Source: Enterobacter phage Mulvp2
DNA: 58,539 bases
Sequence record: OR508996.1
Strand: one strand, 5' to 3'
Of this stretch, positions 44,943 through 54,128 are shown in pieces (position 1 is the first letter of the stretch; each line of letters opens with the position of its first letter). The notes beneath the pieces are model-generated. The model made no database searches. It worked only from the letters and a program-made list of their open reading frames with translations, and had not been told where the DNA came from. The translations under genes and the position numbers were made by a program.

Positions 44943-45423
44943 AGTCTGGTAAAATGTCAGGAATCTCAGGTTTTTCAAATTCAGCCCATGCTAATAGAAT
45001 CATTTCAGGCTTATTGTCATTCCAGCAACTGGATGTCTGCAATTTTCCGTTTTCCGCCATTTTGAATTCCTGAAGGTACATTCCCCCTTCTTCATAGAAT
45101 TGCTGGTAGAAACCGTGAAATCCAAAGAATTCGCCATCTTCGTTACACCACTCATCAAGCCATCCTGGAGATCCCTTTGGAAATTCGCTTTCGTTCTCAA
45201 AATGTTCAAGTTCCTCCGGAGTGGCTTCAGTGTTTGAATATCGTAACTCTACAACTCGTCGTGTCACATTCTCAAGCGTTGCAATTCGGGTAGCTTTACA
45301 GTCTTCCCCAACACCACCCCATTTACAACTGTACTGACAGAAATCAACCAAACCCCATATTTTAATATCTTTACCGCGTTCAATTTGGGGAATGTCAGAT
45401 GTATTTTTCCAGGTCACATTCAT
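44941..45423 (-). CDS. hypothetical Trp/Cys-containing acidic protein (opposite-strand moron)
   Basis: 160-aa ORF with a compressed UP-box/RBS cassette upstream. Confidence 0.5.
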   Translation of the reverse strand: MNVTWKNTSDIPQIERGKDIKIWGLVDFCQYSCKWGGVGEDCKATRIATLENVTRRVVELRYSNTEATPEELEHFENESEFPKGSPGWLDEWCNEDGEFFGFHGFYQQFYEEGGMYLQEFKMAENGKLQTSSCWNDNKPEMILLAWAEFEKPEIPDILPD

Positions 45424-45527
45424 TATTGCATCCTCACTGTTTACGTCAACGTCAATTATTTTAACCGTTGCTATTCATGCTGTCAACACTGTAAAATAAC
45501 TATCACCAACATAACGAGGTGTTTGAC

Positions 45528-45938
45528 ATGAAAATCCCTGCTTCTTTGCTCAATTCATTTGACCTGAAAGAAACCAACGATATCGAGCTATCGAAAGGTT
45601 TCTTTGTGACACTCTGTGAGAACAACGCCACTAACCCGCTGTGGGCACGCCGCGCGCGTGACTTTATTGCGAACAACCCTGATCACCCGGCAGCCGGTGA
45701 TGAATTCGGCAAATTTATGCTCGGTCTGCGCGACAATGTGACCGATAAAGCTGTGACCGACTTTATCGCTGACGTTCTGGTGATCGGCTGGAAGTCTGAC
45801 GAGCTGGAAGAATACAGTCCGGAAAATGCACGCTTGCTTCTCGGTGCACTTCCCCGCCTGGCATCCAACATTCTGACTCAGGCCAGCATCGAGGCAAATT
45901 TCCGCAATGCTGAGGTGGATGCTGCGGTAAAAAACTGA
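45528..45938 (+). CDS. tail assembly chaperone (gpG-like)
   Basis: 136 aa from ATG 45528 (SD GAGGTG). Immediately upstream of the TMP. Ends 3 nt after the slippery heptamer. Confidence 0.55.
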   Translation: MKIPASLLNSFDLKETNDIELSKGFFVTLCENNATNPLWARRARDFIANNPDHPAAGDEFGKFMLGLRDNVTDKAVTDFIADVLVIGWKSDELEEYSPENARLLLGALPRLASNILTQASIEANFRNAEVDAAVKN

Positions 45939-46285
45939 CAGCACTGCTACTGTGGACCGGCGAGAAACAGGAAGATGACGACAACGAATGGATCCGAAAG
46001 TTAGCGTCTCGCCGCAAAGTAGCAGTGCCTGAAATAGCCGCCGAGAAAGCCGGTAAAGCTCCCGATATACCAGCGCAGCACACGACATGGTTCAATGCGT
46101 ATATGGAGCTTGCAACGTGCCGCACAGAACGCGGTGTGATACCCTGGGACAGCTTGGCGCATTACGCCGAGGTGTACGACTTACCACTGGAAACGCTGCG
46201 CCGGATTGTTCGCCGCGTTGATTTCGTCGTCATGGCAGATCAGAACAAAAAGAACGAAAAACTGATTAAGAAAAAGCCGCGTTAA
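45528..46285 (+). CDS. gpGT-like frameshift fusion product (chaperone plus -1 frame extension from 45935)
   Basis: The -1 frame is open from the slip site to 46285 (...KLTALLLWTGEKQEDDDNEW...KKPR). Canonical G/GT arrangement. Confidence 0.45.
45929..45935 (+). other. -1 programmed ribosomal frameshift slippery heptamer A_AAA_AAC
   Basis: X_XXY_YYZ in the chaperone zero frame (GTA AAA AAC TGA). Confidence 0.5.
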
Positions 46286-46464
46286 GCGGCTTTAGTTTTC
46301 CACAGTGCCCATACCATCATCCCGACCCACGGAACGACAAGCCAGCCTGCCACAATGTTCAGGAACAGCATTACACCGCGTTGTTTAAAGCCCGGGTTGC
46401 ACGCCGCGACGATGTACGGTGCCAGATAGAACAGAATTCCGAAAACGACAAATACAGTATTCAT
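46282..46464 (-). CDS. small two-TM membrane protein (holin-like size and topology)
   Basis: 60 aa from ATG 46464 (SD GAGGA). Convergent 4-nt stop overlap with the GT ORF inside a hairpin. Confidence 0.45.
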   Translation of the reverse strand: MNTVFVVFGILFYLAPYIVAACNPGFKQRGVMLFLNIVAGWLVVPWVGMMVWALWKTKAA

Positions 46465-46550
46465 ACACGTTATCCTCAATTATTTTAACCTGCCGTTGTT
46501 ATCTCACATACAGTATACTGTGTCAATAGTCATTTCAGCGAGACATCAAA

Positions 46551-49316
46551 ATGGCAATCGGTATTGAAATTGCGCTAGACCCATCACAGGCAGTACGCGG
46601 TGCTGACCAGGTAGACAAAGCCCTGGACGGCATTGCTGACAGTGCGGATAACGCACAGAAACGCGTTAACAATCTGTCCGGAAACGGCGGTAAAAATGAC
46701 AGCGGTCTGGGCGGTCTGATTACAGCAGGTAAAGCATTCCTGGGGCTACAGGTTGTCCAGCAGATGGCGCAGTGGGGCAAAGCGTTCATTGAGGTGGCTG
46801 ACAACATTAACCTGTTACAGTCGCGCATCAACCTGTATACGCAGTCACAGGCTGAGTCCAATGCTGTTTTTGCACAACTTCAGGCTATCGCCAACAATGC
46901 TGGTACCAGTTTGCAGGATACCGCGAACACCTTCGCGCGTTTCGCATCCGCCGGTAAAGATATGGGTGTCACTAACGACCAGGTACTGAAACTGATCAGC
47001 AACCTGCAGACGATGGCACGTGTGTCCGGTGCGTCCAGTCAGGAAGCATCAGCGGCTATTTATCAGTTGTCGCAGTCGTTTGCATCCGGTCGTTTGCAGG
47101 GTGATGAATTCCGATCTGTTTCCGAGCAGTTACCGGTCGTGCTGGACACCCTGGCTAAAAAGCTGAATGTCAGCCGTGGTGAACTACGTCAGATGGCAAC
47201 CGACGGCAAACTGAACAGTGACGTTCTGTTAATGCTCGCTGGCGACTTCTCAGATCTTGATGCACAGGCTGCGAAACTACCGCGTACTGTTGAACAGGCA
47301 TCCGCCGCGCTGTTGAACAACCTGGGCGTTGCTGCCGATGCGCTTAATGACAAACTGGGCATTTCGCAAGGCCTGGCTAAATCGATCGACGGTGTCAACC
47401 AGGCACTGGAATACTGGACTAAAAATCTCAACGGGACCGCAACGGAAACCGACGAATTAAACCGTGTACTGATCACCCAGAACGGCACTCTGCAACGTCA
47501 GCAGGAAGTATATGACGGTCTGAGTGATAAAACGTCAATGTACGGTAAGTATCTGCTTGACCAGATTAACAAGCAGAAAGCAGCCATCGCTGAGACTGAA
47601 AATCAGATCAGTGCTATGCAGCGTCTCGCCGGATTAGCCGCAACGCTCGCTGCCGATTTCAAAGCCATTCAGCAGACACCAAAAGCGCCAAAAGCAGATC
47701 CTGACGCACAGAAACAAATCGATAATCTGAAAGCCAACGTTGCGTACACCGAAGCGCTGGCAAAAGGTAACTATGAACTGGCGGCATCCAGCAAACTGGG
47801 AAGTAACGCCACGAAAGAACAGGTTGCGGCATATGCGGCATTGCTGAAACAGCAGACTGATTTCCGTGCAGGTCAGAAAGCGACCAGTGAAGCCGAGTCC
47901 GCTGCGAAACGCGAACAGAAACAGCTTGAGCAGAATCAGGAAGCGAACAAGAAATACATCAAAACGCTGACTGACAAAGTGAATGCCGGTCAGTTTGATG
48001 TGCAGCGTGCCAAAGAACAGGTCGCCCAGGCGATGCTTCAGGGTCAGTCTGTTGAGGATCTCAGTGCGTCATACCTGAAATCTATTCAGGTGCAGAACCA
48101 GCTTACCTTGCAATCAAAACAGGCTGAAGCACAGTCACGCCTGAACGCTGACGCTACCGATGCACAGCGTCAGGCTGTTGATGCGCACGTTGCCTCACTG
48201 TACAAGCAGGAACAGGCTCAAAAACTGGCAGGTCAGGTAAGTCAAATATCGCAGTCTAACCAGCAGACACTTAATCCTGTGGCATCTGGTTTTTCATCGA
48301 CCGTATCGCAAGCTGCTCAAAGTATGGCGACGCTTAATGAAGCGCAGAAAGCGGGCGTACTGGTCGGTAAAGAGTATAACGACGCAGTATTACAAAATAA
48401 TCAGGCAGGAATGGTAAGTCTGATTAATCAGTTACAAGCCGGACAAACGGCTTTTACTGACTTCAGTGCTAAAATGGGCTCCGCAGCAATAGGACTGGCT
48501 CAGTTTAAGGTTAGCGCCGGTGACGCGTCTTTTCTTGACGGTTTTACGGCATCGCTTTCAGGGTTGATGCAGGGTTATGAAGGGTTTGCAAACGGTGCTA
48601 CAGATTTGTTTAGCGGATTTTTTGCATCTTTCACCGACGGTTTTGCCAATAGTATAGGTCAGGCAGTTGTAGGTGCAGAAGATTTGGACGAGGCACTAAA
48701 AAATGTTGCACAGCAGGCTATTGCTGGTTTGATTAGCGGTTTCATAAAACTCGGCATTCAATACGCAACTAACGCCGCGTTAGCCGCCACTTTTGGTACT
48801 GCTATTACCGCTACCACGGCAGGCCTGGCGGCTACCACTGCTGCAGCATGGGCACCTGCTGCAGCATTAGCGTCACTTGCGTCGTTTGGTGCTAACGCCG
48901 CACCTGCTGCAGCGGCGCTCACCACAACCACAGGGTTAGCTACAGGGCTGGCCCTGGTACCGGGATTTGCTAACGGTGGTTACATTTCCGGTGCCGGTAC
49001 AGGTACATCAGACAGCATCCCTGCACGCCTCAGCAACGGGGAATACGTTATGCCGGCGCGTCAGACGCGTCAGTACCGTAATGAACTGGCAGCGATGCGC
49101 GCAGGGTCGTATACTGGCGGTAGTGGTTCACAGATGAATGTCGAGGTTGCCAACTACGGCAACGATAAGGTGCAAGTACAGCAGATGGATGACGATCGAG
49201 TGCGTCTGATCATCGGTGAAGAAGTGCCGCGTATCAACGCATCAGAGTTCAACAACCCGTACAGCCAGACTAACAAGGCGTACCGTTCAAACTATAACGC
49301 CGAGAGGAAAGTGTAA
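46551..49316 (+). CDS. tail tape measure protein
   Basis: 921 aa. Ala/Gln-rich helical sequence. C-terminal GGYISGAGTGTSDSIPARLSNGEYVMP motif as in lambda gpH-type TMPs. Confidence 0.85.
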   Translation: MAIGIEIALDPSQAVRGADQVDKALDGIADSADNAQKRVNNLSGNGGKNDSGLGGLITAGKAFLGLQVVQQMAQWGKAFIEVADNINLLQSRINLYTQSQAESNAVFAQLQAIANNAGTSLQDTANTFARFASAGKDMGVTNDQVLKLISNLQTMARVSGASSQEASAAIYQLSQSFASGRLQGDEFRSVSEQLPVVLDTLAKKLNVSRGELRQMATDGKLNSDVLLMLAGDFSDLDAQAAKLPRTVEQASAALLNNLGVAADALNDKLGISQGLAKSIDGVNQALEYWTKNLNGTATETDELNRVLITQNGTLQRQQEVYDGLSDKTSMYGKYLLDQINKQKAAIAETENQISAMQRLAGLAATLAADFKAIQQTPKAPKADPDAQKQIDNLKANVAYTEALAKGNYELAASSKLGSNATKEQVAAYAALLKQQTDFRAGQKATSEAESAAKREQKQLEQNQEANKKYIKTLTDKVNAGQFDVQRAKEQVAQAMLQGQSVEDLSASYLKSIQVQNQLTLQSKQAEAQSRLNADATDAQRQAVDAHVASLYKQEQAQKLAGQVSQISQSNQQTLNPVASGFSSTVSQAAQSMATLNEAQKAGVLVGKEYNDAVLQNNQAGMVSLINQLQAGQTAFTDFSAKMGSAAIGLAQFKVSAGDASFLDGFTASLSGLMQGYEGFANGATDLFSGFFASFTDGFANSIGQAVVGAEDLDEALKNVAQQAIAGLISGFIKLGIQYATNAALAATFGTAITATTAGLAATTAAAWAPAAALASLASFGANAAPAAAALTTTTGLATGLALVPGFANGGYISGAGTGTSDSIPARLSNGEYVMPARQTRQYRNELAAMRAGSYTGGSGSQMNVEVANYGNDKVQVQQMDDDRVRLIIGEEVPRINASEFNNPYSQTNKAYRSNYNAERKV

Positions 49317-49888
49317 TGGATGAATTACCAGAGTTACGCTATGGCGGCGAAATGGTTCGTCCGGAACGTGACAGTTATTCGTACACCCCGCCGTGGGGTG
49401 TTACTAAATCGAATATCGAGGGCACGCTATCACGTCTGAACCGTCGCAGTTTTGGCGGACCGGCAAACGTGTCCTGTGTGGTTCAGCTTAATAGCCCAGC
49501 GAAACTGCAATGGTGGGACGACTTCTACAATTACACGATTGCTGAAGGTAGTCAGCGTTTTGCAATGGAACTGTTTGTCAATGGTATTATTCAGACCCAC
49601 GTTGTGCAGATTGTCGGTACGCCAAAGGTCACAACGATCGGCTGGCATGGTAACGTTGAACTGACACTGGAAGCCGTACCGATCTTCGATCGCTGTGCTG
49701 CGATGTCACGCCAGGTCATGATGCCATGCTACGGTGACAAAACTGCGGCAATGGTGGCGGGTATCATTGAAGTTGGACAGTTACTGAATAATACTGACGT
49801 AGCGTACTATGACGGTGAATTCCTGTACAATGGCGCGGTGAATCACGATTACGTTACCACCTGGTCACTCACAAAACATAAGGCTTAA
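49316..49888 (+). CDS. minor tail protein (distal tail / gpM-like position)
   Basis: 190 aa. ATGA overlap with the TMP gene. Confidence 0.45.
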   Translation: MDELPELRYGGEMVRPERDSYSYTPPWGVTKSNIEGTLSRLNRRSFGGPANVSCVVQLNSPAKLQWWDDFYNYTIAEGSQRFAMELFVNGIIQTHVVQIVGTPKVTTIGWHGNVELTLEAVPIFDRCAAMSRQVMMPCYGDKTAAMVAGIIEVGQLLNNTDVAYYDGEFLYNGAVNHDYVTTWSLTKHKA

Positions 49889-49890
49889 TC

Positions 49891-50754
49891 ATGGCGACTT
49901 TACCCGAAACAGCAACATGGGAAACCGGTATATATCAGCTTGAAGAAACTGACCGTGTACAGGGCGGCGCATCAGGTGTGTCAAACAATCAGGGTAAGCA
50001 ATTAGCAAACCGAACAAAGTATCTTTATACATATAAGGCTGATATTGCATCACCGGTTTTTACTGGTGTCCCATCAGCGCCAACACCTGCACCTGGTGAT
50101 AGTTCAACACAAATTGCTACAACAGCATTCGTGGCAACGAGTTTTTCACCACTTGCATCACCCACCTTTACAGGTACGCCTGCCGCACCGACTGCCGCGA
50201 GCGGTACAGCAACCACACAAATTGCGACCACGGCGTTTGTCGATACCTATTTTGCAAAACTGGCATCTCCTACGTTCACCGGGATACCTGCTGCGCCTAC
50301 GGCTGCACTCAGCACGTCAACCACCCAAATTGCCACCACAGCATTTGTGCGAACAGGTGTCAGTGATGCAAGTAACGCTGCGGCCGGTGTTGTAGGAGAG
50401 TATCAGTCCAACACAGGAACGTCCGTTACTCTGACGACTAATGTTAACGCTAACCTGGCGCAGTTGACCCTGACAGCAGGGGACTGGGATATTACTGGTG
50501 TCGGTCAGTTTGTAGGCGGTAATGCTACGGTGATCAAACTCGGAATTCACACTGTGTCAGCGACGTTTGGTGCGTTCAACACGTACATTCAGGTGTCGGC
50601 AAACTTCCCTGCATCATCTACATCTAATATAAATGGTCCGGCGACATACAGATTGTCAGTCAGCACCACAACAACCGTCTATCTGGTGGCGATGTCAACG
50701 TTCAGCGCTACTCAGACGGCACAAGGTTTCCTCGCGGCGCGCAGGGTACGATAA
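49891..50754 (+). CDS. tail fiber protein with conserved N-terminal fiber motif and 3 Phage_fiber_2-type repeats
   Basis: 287 aa. TGIYQLEETDRVQGGASGVSNNQGKQLANRTKYL. Three repeats SPxFTGxPxAPTxAxxxSTTQIATTAFV. Confidence 0.7.
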   Translation: MATLPETATWETGIYQLEETDRVQGGASGVSNNQGKQLANRTKYLYTYKADIASPVFTGVPSAPTPAPGDSSTQIATTAFVATSFSPLASPTFTGTPAAPTAASGTATTQIATTAFVDTYFAKLASPTFTGIPAAPTAALSTSTTQIATTAFVRTGVSDASNAAAGVVGEYQSNTGTSVTLTTNVNANLAQLTLTAGDWDITGVGQFVGGNATVIKLGIHTVSATFGAFNTYIQVSANFPASSTSNINGPATYRLSVSTTTTVYLVAMSTFSATQTAQGFLAARRVR

Positions 50755-51260
50755 TGCAAGATGAACTGAAAGAACTACTGACAACCGCCACCACGGGTAA
50801 AGGCGTGGTTGATGGCGTTGAACTTAACCACTCATCCTGGCCTAATGCTCTGTACCTGACATCCGTTTACCCGGGTTTCACGGCGGTACATGAAGACAGC
50901 CTGTCATATGAGTATGAATATGTGCCGATGAGCGTGACAAAGGCGTCAAAGCAGAATGACTTGTCACAGGATTTCTCGTTTACCATTCAGGATCTGAATG
51001 AAGTTGTCGGAGTGTATCTCGATCTGATACCGCTTGACAGTGAAGAAAAACCGTCGGTCACACTGCGAACTTTTGTTTATCGCGCTGATGGCAGTATTTC
51101 CGATCTGCAGGACGGACCGTACAACCTGGAAGCGAAAGACATTACGACTGAACCTGAAGGATGTACGTTCACCGCATCACCACCTCTGACTAACTTCAGC
51201 GGAACAGGTGAATTGTATACCTTCGCACGCTTCCCGTCACTGCTGGCATATGCAACATGA
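50754..51260 (+). CDS. minor tail protein (weak gpL-like N-terminal similarity)
   Basis: 168 aa. Begins MQDE.. like lambda L. Position fits. Confidence 0.4.
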   Translation: MQDELKELLTTATTGKGVVDGVELNHSSWPNALYLTSVYPGFTAVHEDSLSYEYEYVPMSVTKASKQNDLSQDFSFTIQDLNEVVGVYLDLIPLDSEEKPSVTLRTFVYRADGSISDLQDGPYNLEAKDITTEPEGCTFTASPPLTNFSGTGELYTFARFPSLLAYAT

Positions 51261-51616
51261 TCGGCGATCGATACGATATTGACCTGTGGAACTGTACGCA
51301 TGAGGTTGCGCAGTGGTACCAGTTGCACGGTTATGACAATCTGCTAAAAGGTATCCCGGCTGATAGCTGGGATATTTCTTTTGTCAGGTGGATGCGCAGG
51401 CGTTTCGATCCGCTTGAGCGACCTGAGCAGGCAGCACTGGTTTTGATGCACAACAGGTATACAGGCGGGCTACATGTTGGCGTGTGGGATAGCGGGATGG
51501 TACACCACTGCTACCAGCCCCCGGGTGATACTCCGGGACAGACAATTCGTACGCCGATCGGTATAATCAAAACAGCACATAAAAACATAACATTCTGGAG
51601 ACTGAAAAGTGTCTAA
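51257..51616 (+). CDS. NlpC/P60-family minor tail protein (gpK-like C-terminal domain only)
   Basis: 119 aa. WNCTHEV (Cys) ... GGLHVGVW (His) catalytic pattern. No MPN domain. Confidence 0.5.
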   Translation: MIGDRYDIDLWNCTHEVAQWYQLHGYDNLLKGIPADSWDISFVRWMRRRFDPLERPEQAALVLMHNRYTGGLHVGVWDSGMVHHCYQPPGDTPGQTIRTPIGIIKTAHKNITFWRLKSV

Positions 51617-54128
51617 AATCGTATACCATCCGGAAAATGAAATTGCTGAAAACGTAGATTTTGGTGAGTGGTTTTTGAAAAAATGGCCGCCCGGCACAGT
51701 CGTTCCTCGCGGTTTGCTAATCTATCGCAATGACGAAAATATCACTCAAAAATGGATGACAGACCATTCAGTGCTGCGTGATCCGGATGCAACATACCAT
51801 ATCTACGAAATGCCAAAGGGTGGGGTTGTGGGTGCCATCACAAAAATCATCAGCACGATTTTAAACCCCATTCTTAAACTTTTTCTGCCCAATACTTCCG
51901 CATCAGCTAATCTTAAAAACAGCCGAAGCGCCTCATCTAACAACGCGCTGCAGGGTCGCACTAACGCATCACGCCCGGGTGAACGTATTGCCGACATTCG
52001 CGGTTTTGTACGAGCATATCCTGACCTTCTGATGGACTATCGAATTTTTAAAGACCGCACCGAGTACGAAGTGCAGTTTTTATGCGTTGGTGCCGGGCAG
52101 TATCAGCTTGAAGATGTGCGGGACGGAATTACGCCAGCGGCGAACATAAGCGGCGAACAACTTGATTTTTACAAAAATGGCGCGGCTCCCGGATTTGGTT
52201 CGCCTTACATGAACATTGGTGGTGCGGTTAACCTTTCGCAGTTCCCGATCATGGTGGCAAAAGCATCGAATGAGGCTGACGGATCTGAAGTCAAGCCGCC
52301 TAACTACGCGGATATCAGCAAAGCTACATTTAAAATTTACAGTACGGGTGAAATTGACACGTCTATCGAATCCTCGACGAGTACAACTATTGACTGGTCG
52401 GAACGAGCGCCTGTTGGTAGCACTGTGACCCTGACGCAGTTTTACAGTTTCACAGCGAATGCGCTGCCTGCCGGTACATACACACGTAACGATTTGTCAG
52501 GAACATATACGGTGTTGTCATCAGGTGAGAATATACTGATTGTTGACACCACGGGACATACAGGATGGTCGGCATTATCCGGGTCCGGGCAGGCGGCATA
52601 TCTTGAAGCATATCTGCGGACAGATGGATACTGGGAATTCAGCAACAGTGGTGGCAGCACTTTGCAGAAATTCGCGCCGTCCGTGGATAGCTCGACACCT
52701 TATGTTGTCGGACCATACCTGCTGGACAGTGCAGATAAAGTGATGGTGAATCTGTATGCCCAGAACGGCGTTTACAAAACCGATGGCGACGTTTATCCGT
52801 TTACCTGCAACTTCCAGGTTATTTTGTCTGACCCCACTGGCGCAATGGCAAACGTCACATATAACATGAGTGTATCAGGTCGATTCACTGAAGCAGTGGG
52901 TAATACGCTGATTGTTAATAATCCATATCCGGGTGCAGTAAACGTTTCTGTGCGCCGTACATCGAATACAGACAAAGACTTTTCAGGGTCTGTGGTTGAC
53001 ACAGTGAAATGGCGCGATCTTTATGCGATCAGCAATATCTCGGCGCGCAGTTACGGCGATGTCACGCTAATTCATACCGTCACAAAAGCCACAAACGCCG
53101 CACTAAAACAGAAAGAACGTAAGCTCAATATGTTGGCTACCCGTATTTACAACGGCGTGGCGAGTCGTAATTTCGCGGATGTCGTACTTTCAATTCATAC
53201 AGACCCTTTCTTCGGACGTCGTGATCTGACAACCATCGATGTCGATGCGCTCTATGACGTGCAGCAACAGATACTTGATTATTTCGGTGACCCTCGCGCT
53301 ATTCAAGTAGGGTACACTTTTGATAACAATAGCACCACGTACGAAGAAGCGCTGCAGACGATTTGTAATGCTGTCAACGTCACCCCTTATCAGGTGGGCA
53401 ACGTGCTCTATTTCTTCCCGGAACTGCCGCAGACTACATCGGCAATGCAGTTCGGACACATGTTTAAAGTACCAGGCAGTGACAAGCGTACCCGGGCGTT
53501 CTCTCCGCCGAAAGATTACACCGGTGTCCAGGTGAAGTATTATGACCACGATGAAGAATCATATTTGTACGTGACCCAGGGTGAAGAAACCAACGTTAAC
53601 AAAATTGACCTCGACGCCTGCCAGTCTAAATATCTGGCCGGTATTCGTGCGCGTCGGGAATACAACAAACTTCTTTACCAGCGTGTCACACACGAATGTC
53701 AGGCATTGAGTATAGGATTACAGGCAGCACCGGGTATGCGTGTCGACATGGTAGACAACACCCGTGTCAAGCAGATGGACGGCGTGGTAACCGATGTCGA
53801 CGGTCTGACACTGTACCTGAGTGACCCTGTAGAATTACTGTCCGGTTACACCTATAGCATTACGCTAACCGGACGCCTGGGAACTCTGGAGAATTTACAG
53901 ATCTCCGCCGGCGCGGATGAATTCAGCGTGGTATTACAGTCAATGCCAGATCAGGAAATTTACACAGGATGGATGCGGGATCGCACAGCGTATGTTATTC
54001 GTACTGATGACGAGCGTACCAAACTGGCGATGCTGGTTCAGAGTATGGAACCGTCCGGGCGGGATAACAACTATCAGGTAGGTTTAACGTGCATCAATTA
54101 CGATGCACGTTATTATCAGGATGATTAA
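51609..54128 (+). CDS. central tail fiber / host specificity protein (gpJ-like), GTG start
   Basis: 839 aa. Follows the K-like gene. Large beta-rich protein. Confidence 0.6.
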   Translation: MSKIVYHPENEIAENVDFGEWFLKKWPPGTVVPRGLLIYRNDENITQKWMTDHSVLRDPDATYHIYEMPKGGVVGAITKIISTILNPILKLFLPNTSASANLKNSRSASSNNALQGRTNASRPGERIADIRGFVRAYPDLLMDYRIFKDRTEYEVQFLCVGAGQYQLEDVRDGITPAANISGEQLDFYKNGAAPGFGSPYMNIGGAVNLSQFPIMVAKASNEADGSEVKPPNYADISKATFKIYSTGEIDTSIESSTSTTIDWSERAPVGSTVTLTQFYSFTANALPAGTYTRNDLSGTYTVLSSGENILIVDTTGHTGWSALSGSGQAAYLEAYLRTDGYWEFSNSGGSTLQKFAPSVDSSTPYVVGPYLLDSADKVMVNLYAQNGVYKTDGDVYPFTCNFQVILSDPTGAMANVTYNMSVSGRFTEAVGNTLIVNNPYPGAVNVSVRRTSNTDKDFSGSVVDTVKWRDLYAISNISARSYGDVTLIHTVTKATNAALKQKERKLNMLATRIYNGVASRNFADVVLSIHTDPFFGRRDLTTIDVDALYDVQQQILDYFGDPRAIQVGYTFDNNSTTYEEALQTICNAVNVTPYQVGNVLYFFPELPQTTSAMQFGHMFKVPGSDKRTRAFSPPKDYTGVQVKYYDHDEESYLYVTQGEETNVNKIDLDACQSKYLAGIRARREYNKLLYQRVTHECQALSIGLQAAPGMRVDMVDNTRVKQMDGVVTDVDGLTLYLSDPVELLSGYTYSITLTGRLGTLENLQISAGADEFSVVLQSMPDQEIYTGWMRDRTAYVIRTDDERTKLAMLVQSMEPSGRDNNYQVGLTCINYDARYYQDD

